NCBI GenBank assembly: GCA_014382695.1
Contig: JACNJF010000194.1
Location: 861-64,860 of the forward strand
Source of the DNA: Gammaproteobacteria bacterium
Lineage (GTDB): Bacteria; Pseudomonadota; Gammaproteobacteria; GCA-001735895
DNA: 64,000 nucleotides
Direction of reading: 5' to 3'
Shown here: one piece after another, positions 58,509 to 64,000 of the stretch
How the letters are laid out: every line of letters starts with the position of its first letter
How positions within the stretch are numbered: the stretch's first letter is position 1
The notes under the pieces: model-generated
The model's database searches: none
The model's input: the letters and a program-made list of their open reading frames with translations, nothing else
What the model was told of the DNA's origin: nothing
Program-made: the position numbers and the translations under genes

Positions 58509-58922
58509 ATGCACTTTAGTTTTTCAAGTTTTGGAATGCGTTTTCTTTTTTCAACCATCCTCGTTTTTGCGACCTTCAATCCAGAGGGTTACTCCTATTT
58601 CCACTGGGTAAAATCCGTCTTTCCTTCGGTGACCATTGAGCAGGCTTTTGTGGGTGTTTTACTGATTATTGGCTGGGTTATCTACCTGCGCGCCACGTTC
58701 AGATCACTCGGCGTGATTGGATTGATGCTGGCCTTCGCCTTCTTTGGTCTGCTGCTGTTCATGTTGATCAAGTGGGGCTGGTTGTCACTGGATGCCACCA
58801 GAATGGTAAGCTATGTCATCGAGATTCTGATAGCGGTGGTTCTGGCGGTTGGTATGTCCTGGTCGCATATAAGACGCCGCCTGTCCGGTCAAATGGATAT
58901 GGATGATGTCGATCAGGATTAA
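58509..58922 (+). CDS. hypothetical small membrane protein (4 TM, 137 aa)
   Basis: Hydrophobic helices and an acidic C-terminal tail (DMDDVDQD). Confidence 0.5.
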   Translation: MHFSFSSFGMRFLFSTILVFATFNPEGYSYFHWVKSVFPSVTIEQAFVGVLLIIGWVIYLRATFRSLGVIGLMLAFAFFGLLLFMLIKWGWLSLDATRMVSYVIEILIAVVLAVGMSWSHIRRRLSGQMDMDDVDQD

Positions 58923-58994
58923 ACCGGTTTTCCTTGCTAGTTCTATAAGTTACTTTTAAAATATAATATAACATAATGAAATTAAAGGTAATTT

Positions 58995-60968
58995 GTGTTT
59001 TGTAAAAAATGGAAGTTAACGACTAAACTGTACCCAAATCTACCGTTAACGGCTCCACTTTTAGCGTTGCTGATTTTTTTGTTATCGGCACCGGTTTTAG
59101 CCTCTATTTCGCCTGTTGAAAAGCAACGGCTTCTTTTTCAGCAGGCGGAAAATGCGCTGTCCGAAAATGATCTGAAACAGTTTGATGATTTGCTTGCAAA
59201 GTTGCATGACTATCCAGTGGTGGCCTACCTGGAATACGATGCCTTAAGTCTCCAGCTTAGCCACACAAACGCTGACGACGTGAAGCTTTTTCTTAACAAA
59301 CATGACGATTATCCTTTTCGCTACGCCTTACTCAGCAAATGGCTGGATTTACTGGCGTCGCGTAAAGACTGGGCTGGTTATCTGGATTTTTATGACGGCC
59401 GAAGTGCGACACGCTACAAATGTCTGGCCTTAACCGCCAGACTGGAGGTCGGTCAGATCGCTGATATCAATCAGGATATCGAAAAGCTGTGGTTGACCGG
59501 ATATTCACAGCCTGACGAGTGTGATATTCCATTCCAGCATTTTCTGCAAACCGGCGATGATGTATACGCTAGCGTGTGGACCCGAATCGAAAAAGCGTTT
59601 GAGGCGAGGCGACCTACGCTATCAACGTATCTGGCCAGAAATCTTTCGGCTGATGACCGTAAGCTGGTCGATGAATGGTATCAGGCACATCGGCATCCGC
59701 AACAGCGCCTGAGTGTACTGGCTGATTTCCCGGATACATTGATCAATCGAAAGATTATTGTGCATGCTATTCAGCGTTTGGCCCGTAAAAACAGCCTGCA
59801 AGCCAAACAGTACTGGGATCAGACTCGTGATTCTTTCCAGTTTTCAGCGCAGCAGGTCGCGCAAATCAATAAGCGCATCGCGCTTTCAGCCGCTTATCAG
59901 CATAAGGCTGAGTCAAAAGAGTTACTGGAGCAACTTCCCGTTGAACAAAAATCAGACAATGCGCATCTGTGGTTAGCCCGGATTTATTTGCGGGATGAAG
60001 ACTGGATCGGACTGATTAAAACGATCGAAGTCATGCCTGAGCACCTGCAGAAAGAGTCCGAGTGGGTTTACTGGCAGGCACGTGCGTATGACAAGGTTGG
60101 ACATCATGTGAAAGCGACCGAAACCTACCGCGGCCTGGCACAGAAAGGCAGCTACTACGGATTTCTGGCGGCTGATCGGATTGCGGTTAGCTATCAGATC
60201 AATCAGCAGCAGGCGGCAGATGAGGCTTCCTTTGATGAAAACTTGCTGCTGGCAAAAAGTGATCATCTGCTGCGCGCACGTGAGTTATTTTTCCTGAATC
60301 GATTACTCGATGCCCGGCGTGAGTGGTTTCAGGGAATCCGTAAGCTCAGTCAGCTGGAAATTCGTCAGGCGGCGAGTATGGCATCTAACTGGAAGTGGCA
60401 TGATAACGCGATCAAGACCGTTGCGAAAACCAGTCATCGAACTGATTACGACCTGCGCTTCCCCATGCCTTACCGCCAACTGATGGTCGAAAACGTGGAG
60501 CAAAATGGGCTGGATTTGTCCGTCATCTATGGCGTAATGCGCAGGGAAAGTCTGTTCGATCCGCTGGCAAAATCCAAAGTGGGCGCGCTTGGCCTTATGC
60601 AGCTGATGCCTTCTACGGCGCGCCATGTGGCCAAATCACTAGGCCTTAAAAAACCGGTTCAGTCTGATATTCTGAATATCGACAATAATATCCGCCTCGG
60701 CACCAGTTATTTTAAATCGGTACTGAAACGTTTCGATGATAATGTTTCTCTGGCGACAGCAGCCTATAATGCCGGCCCTGGAAACGTAAAAAAATGGTTG
60801 CCCGAAAAAGAGTCATTACCGGCCGATTTATGGGTTGAAACAGTGCCTTTTAAAGAGACCAGAAATTATATTCAGGCCGTGTTAGCGTATGCAACAATTT
60901 TTGATAAGCATCTGGGTAAAGAGGTCAATATCTCTAGCAGAATGGCGGATGTAAAGCCTGAGTATTGA
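58995..60968 (+). CDS. slt: soluble lytic murein transglycosylase
   Basis: Signal peptide. Superhelical N-terminal repeats. C-terminal SLT catalytic domain (RRESLFDP.A.S..GA.GLMQLMPSTA; AYNAGPGNV). Confidence 0.9.
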   Translation: MFCKKWKLTTKLYPNLPLTAPLLALLIFLLSAPVLASISPVEKQRLLFQQAENALSENDLKQFDDLLAKLHDYPVVAYLEYDALSLQLSHTNADDVKLFLNKHDDYPFRYALLSKWLDLLASRKDWAGYLDFYDGRSATRYKCLALTARLEVGQIADINQDIEKLWLTGYSQPDECDIPFQHFLQTGDDVYASVWTRIEKAFEARRPTLSTYLARNLSADDRKLVDEWYQAHRHPQQRLSVLADFPDTLINRKIIVHAIQRLARKNSLQAKQYWDQTRDSFQFSAQQVAQINKRIALSAAYQHKAESKELLEQLPVEQKSDNAHLWLARIYLRDEDWIGLIKTIEVMPEHLQKESEWVYWQARAYDKVGHHVKATETYRGLAQKGSYYGFLAADRIAVSYQINQQQAADEASFDENLLLAKSDHLLRARELFFLNRLLDARREWFQGIRKLSQLEIRQAASMASNWKWHDNAIKTVAKTSHRTDYDLRFPMPYRQLMVENVEQNGLDLSVIYGVMRRESLFDPLAKSKVGALGLMQLMPSTARHVAKSLGLKKPVQSDILNIDNNIRLGTSYFKSVLKRFDDNVSLATAAYNAGPGNVKKWLPEKESLPADLWVETVPFKETRNYIQAVLAYATIFDKHLGKEVNISSRMADVKPEY

Positions 60969-61039
60969 GCTGAAAATGGTTTTACACAAAAACGAATTTA
61001 GCGGTTAACTGCATCCATACTTTTAATGAGGGGCTGAAC

Positions 61040-61933
61040 ATGAAAAAGGGAATTGGCATACTATCCATTATCATACTTTTAACGCTACTATCCGCCTGTG
61101 CGGTACATCAGACCCGCACCAAAAGTAGTGTTGTTGATTACCTTTATCCCAAAACAGATACCATCGTGCAGCCATCTGTTCCAGTATTAAAGATTCCGGT
61201 TAGTGTCGGTATTGCGTTTGTTCCTGAGCAGGGTGTGCGAACAAATCAACCTGGACTATGGCCAGGACTGGGAAATTCAGGGATAACGGAATCGCAAAAA
61301 AATGAACTACTTGAAAAGGTCGCTGAAAATTTCCGTAAATATGAATTTGTCGGGAGTATCGAGGTCATTCCATCCGCCTATCTGACCGCTGAAGGCAGTT
61401 TCTCCAATCTGGAACAGATTAAAACGATGTACAACATCGATGTGATTGCGCTGGTTTCTTATGATCAGGTTCAGTTTACCGATGAAGGTCTGCTTTCCCT
61501 GACTTACTGGACGGTGGTAGGTGCTTATGTTGTAAATGGCGAAAAAAATGATACCAGCACTATGTTAGACACCGTCGTGATGGATATTAACAGTCGTAAA
61601 ATGCTGTTTAGAGCTCCGGGAACCAGTGATATAAAAGGCTCTTCCACGCTGATAAACTTATCTGAAAAACTAAGGATTGACCGCTTAAGTGGCTTCGCCG
61701 AAGCGACGGATAAGATGATCGTCAATCTGGATGAACAACTGGCGAGCTTTAAAGAAAAAATTAAAGCTAAACCCGAACAGGTGAAAATTACCTACAGTCC
61801 CGGTTACTCGGGATCTGGCGGTGGCGGCGGTGGAATTCTTAGTATGACCGATATCAGCGCTTTACTGTTATTGCTGTTGCTATCTTCCCACAGGAAAATG
61901 AATTTCAGCCGTAATCTGTCCAGGCTCGGATAA
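61040..61933 (+). CDS. lipoprotein with C-terminal GlyGly-CTERM-like sorting tail (rhombotarget-lipoprotein candidate)
   Basis: Lipobox LLSAC at the N-terminus. C-terminus is SGSGGGGGG, then a hydrophobic helix (ILSMTDISALLLLLLL), then HRK/RR basic residues. Confidence 0.6.
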   Translation: MKKGIGILSIIILLTLLSACAVHQTRTKSSVVDYLYPKTDTIVQPSVPVLKIPVSVGIAFVPEQGVRTNQPGLWPGLGNSGITESQKNELLEKVAENFRKYEFVGSIEVIPSAYLTAEGSFSNLEQIKTMYNIDVIALVSYDQVQFTDEGLLSLTYWTVVGAYVVNGEKNDTSTMLDTVVMDINSRKMLFRAPGTSDIKGSSTLINLSEKLRIDRLSGFAEATDKMIVNLDEQLASFKEKIKAKPEQVKITYSPGYSGSGGGGGGILSMTDISALLLLLLLSSHRKMNFSRNLSRLG

Positions 61934-62272
61934 ATGAACAGGGAGAATCTGCTGTTATATAACTCGTTCGCTTTTATGGTGGCCCTGAGCAATTTCAGGG
62001 CTATTGCTTTAACTGTAGTTCTACTCTTCCCGTTGATGGGGTCAGGATTAGCGCTTATTGCGCAGTTTCCGCTACAGATATTTCTTTTTATTCTGTTATC
62101 GCAAATAAGCCTGCTGACTTATTTGCTGATCACAGCAAATAGCAACAAACCTCATACCGTCAATCCAGAAATCCGATCTACCATTGGTAAGGGCTTTGGT
62201 TCTGCCTTTTTAGGTTCTGGCATGGCATCTACATTCACTTCACAAAATAAGGTAATTCATCATGGAAAATAA
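61934..62272 (+). CDS. possible small membrane protein (112 aa)
   Basis: Starts at the nucleotide after the lipoprotein stop. 2-3 predicted TM helices. Overlaps the cysC start by 11 nt. Could be spurious. Confidence 0.35.
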   Translation: MNRENLLLYNSFAFMVALSNFRAIALTVVLLFPLMGSGLALIAQFPLQIFLFILLSQISLLTYLLITANSNKPHTVNPEIRSTIGKGFGSAFLGSGMASTFTSQNKVIHHGK

Positions 62273-62858
62273 AAGTACTAATGTTGTCTGGCATAACGCT
62301 ACCGTGACACGTACACGTCGTGAACAGAAAAATAACCACAAGGGAGCCTTATTCTGGTTCACCGGATTTTCCGGTTCTGGAAAATCAACTCTGGCGCATG
62401 CGGTGGAAGAACGTCTATATCTGAATGGTTATAATACTTACGTACTGGATGGAGACAATGTCAGGCATGGTTTATGTGCGGATCTGGCTTTTTCGGATAA
62501 CGACAGGAAAGAAAATATCCGCCGTATTAGCCATATGAGTAATCTGTTTGTGCAGGCAGGGGTGATCGTGCTCACTGCTTTCATTTCGCCTTTTAGAGTT
62601 GATCGTGACAATGCCCGAAAAATAGCGGGTAAAGACTTCCATGAAATTTTCTGTAATTGCAGCCTCGATGTATGTGAGACCAGAGATGTAAAAGGCCTCT
62701 ATAAAAAAGCCAGAGCCGGACAGATCCCCTTTTTTACCGGCATAGATTCACCTTACGAAGCACCGGAACATGCGGAACTGGTGACTAACACCGACGCCAA
62801 TCTTGAGCAGTCTATCGATCAGGTTTATGACTACATCATGTCGAACGTGAAAGTATGA
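62262..62858 (+). CDS. cysC: adenylyl-sulfate (APS) kinase
   Basis: [12 protein letters not shown]-loop. [10 protein letters not shown]. Strong CysC similarity. Confidence 0.95.
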   Translation: MENKSTNVVWHNATVTRTRREQKNNHKGALFWFTGFSGSGKSTLAHAVEERLYLNGYNTYVLDGDNVRHGLCADLAFSDNDRKENIRRISHMSNLFVQAGVIVLTAFISPFRVDRDNARKIAGKDFHEIFCNCSLDVCETRDVKGLYKKARAGQIPFFTGIDSPYEAPEHAELVTNTDANLEQSIDQVYDYIMSNVKV

Positions 62859-62887
62859 GCTGTTAATTTTACGGTTTCTTTATTCTC

Positions 62888-64000
62888 ATGGGATCTCCTG
62901 CCTGGGGGCGCACTGAAAAGCCTCATTCAAATCGCAAAGACTGGGATAACATCAAACAGATGTTCCCGTTCATCTGGACCTATCGTGGGCGTGTATTATT
63001 GGCGCTGGCCAGTCTTATTATTTCAAAACTGGCGATGGTCGGCGTTCCCATTACGCTTAAATATATTGTTGATTCGCTGGATGGGAGCACCGGTCAGACC
63101 GTCGCTTTACCGATAGCACTCCTATTAGCCTATGGCATTTTACGATTTGTTAATTCAGGCTTTAACGAGTTAAGGGATGTTATTTTTGCGCGCGTGCGCT
63201 ATCACGCAATGCGTGAATTATCGGTTGCTGCCTTACAGCATCTGCATGATCTCTCCTTGCGCTTTCATCTTGAGCGTAATACCGGTGCTATTTCGCGTGA
63301 TCTGGAACGGGGGGCACAGAGTTTCAGTTCGATTTTAAACTATCTGGTGTTCAGTATTGTGCCAACCATTGCTGAATTCCTGCTGGTTGCGAGTATTCTG
63401 TTCGGTCAATACGATGTGCAGTTTGCTGTCACAGTATTCACTACGGTACTGTTTTATGTGCTATTCACTTTTCTGGTTACCGAATGGCGTATGCACCACC
63501 GGCATGAAATGAACGCTCTCGATTCCAGTGCCAATGGTAAGGCTATGGACAGTCTGATGAATTATGAAACAGTAAAGTACTTCAATAACGAACGGCATGA
63601 AATCGATCGTTATAAAAAAACCATGACAGGCTGGGAGGATGCGGCCGTTAAAAGCCAGACTACTATGTCAACCCTGAATTTTGGACAGGGTGCGATTATT
63701 GCGGTCGGTGTGACCATCGTTATGTTGTATGCGGCTCATGGTGTGGAGCAGGGGCAATTGTCGATCGGTGATCTAGTACTGATTAATACGATGATGCTAC
63801 AACTGTTCTTACCACTGGGTTTTCTTGGTATCGTTTATCGTTCATTAAAGTATGCTATGGCCGATATGGATATGGTGGTGAAGCTATTGAAAAAGCCTCT
63901 CGAAATTACCGATAGTCCGGCGGCTACTGAGCTTATTATCGATTCTGCCACCGTAGAGTTTGATCATGCCTGCTTTTCCTATAATGACGATCGTCAAATA
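62888..64000 (+). CDS. ABC transporter permease/ATPase, Atm1/HMT1-like exporter (N-terminal transmembrane domain; continues past window end)
   Basis: Six-TM ABC_membrane pattern typical of ABCB-type exporters (GAISRDLERG ... NYETVKYFNNE). ORF open to the window end. Confidence 0.8.
   Translation, partial: MGSPAWGRTEKPHSNRKDWDNIKQMFPFIWTYRGRVLLALASLIISKLAMVGVPITLKYIVDSLDGSTGQTVALPIALLLAYGILRFVNSGFNELRDVIFARVRYHAMRELSVAALQHLHDLSLRFHLERNTGAISRDLERGAQSFSSILNYLVFSIVPTIAEFLLVASILFGQYDVQFAVTVFTTVLFYVLFTFLVTEWRMHHRHEMNALDSSANGKAMDSLMNYETVKYFNNERHEIDRYKKTMTGWEDAAVKSQTTMSTLNFGQGAIIAVGVTIVMLYAAHGVEQGQLSIGDLVLINTMMLQLFLPLGFLGIVYRSLKYAMADMDMVVKLLKKPLEITDSPAATELIIDSATVEFDHACFSYNDDRQI

Noticed and set aside
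61934-62272. 112-aa membrane ORF as a rhombosortase partner of the GlyGly-CTERM lipoprotein
   Set aside because: Too short (rhombosortases are ~190 aa with six TM helices and a Ser/His dyad). It overlaps the cysC start and may not be translated at all. Kept only as a low-confidence CDS.

Overview
Chromosomal window that looks like a gammaproteobacterium (~50% GC), with dense, mostly housekeeping coding on both strands. Confidently recognised genes: maeB, pldA, piuC/ybiX-like hydroxylase, aat, trxB, ftsK, lolA, rarA, dsbC/G, sdhCDAB followed directly by sdhE-ygfX-DUF1249, iscRSU (operon ends at a terminator after iscU), cysG, a SulP permease, an FAH-family hydrolase, yceI, yqjG, yaiI, fumC, slt, cysC and an Atm1-like ABC exporter (partial). 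A large c-di-GMP signalling cluster is present: a 1446-aa sensor GGDEF-EAL protein, plus a CHASE-PAS histidine kinase, a stand-alone receiver, an Hpt-REC-REC-GGDEF protein and a REC-PAS-GGDEF-EAL protein forming an apparent phosphorelay. No CRISPR array, integrase, transposase or rRNA/tRNA gene was seen. The most interesting unexplained loci are: (i) a tightly translationally coupled four-gene operon (36.6-40.6 kb) encoding a Sel1-repeat protein, a MoxR/AAA_5-type ATPase, an HExxH metallopeptidase-like / vWA (MIDAS) protein with a long Q/D/P-rich linker, and a 372-aa protein with no recognisable domains; (ii) at the window start, a three-gene operon ending in a protein with a Cas6/RAMP-like C-terminal glycine-rich loop, next to an atypical DsrC/TusE-family protein lacking both canonical cysteines; (iii) an orphan 386-aa protein (52.6-53.8 kb); (iv) a lipoprotein with a GlyGly-CTERM-like tail. 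Coordinates derived by hand (small ORFs, hairpins, promoters) may be off by 1-2 nt.
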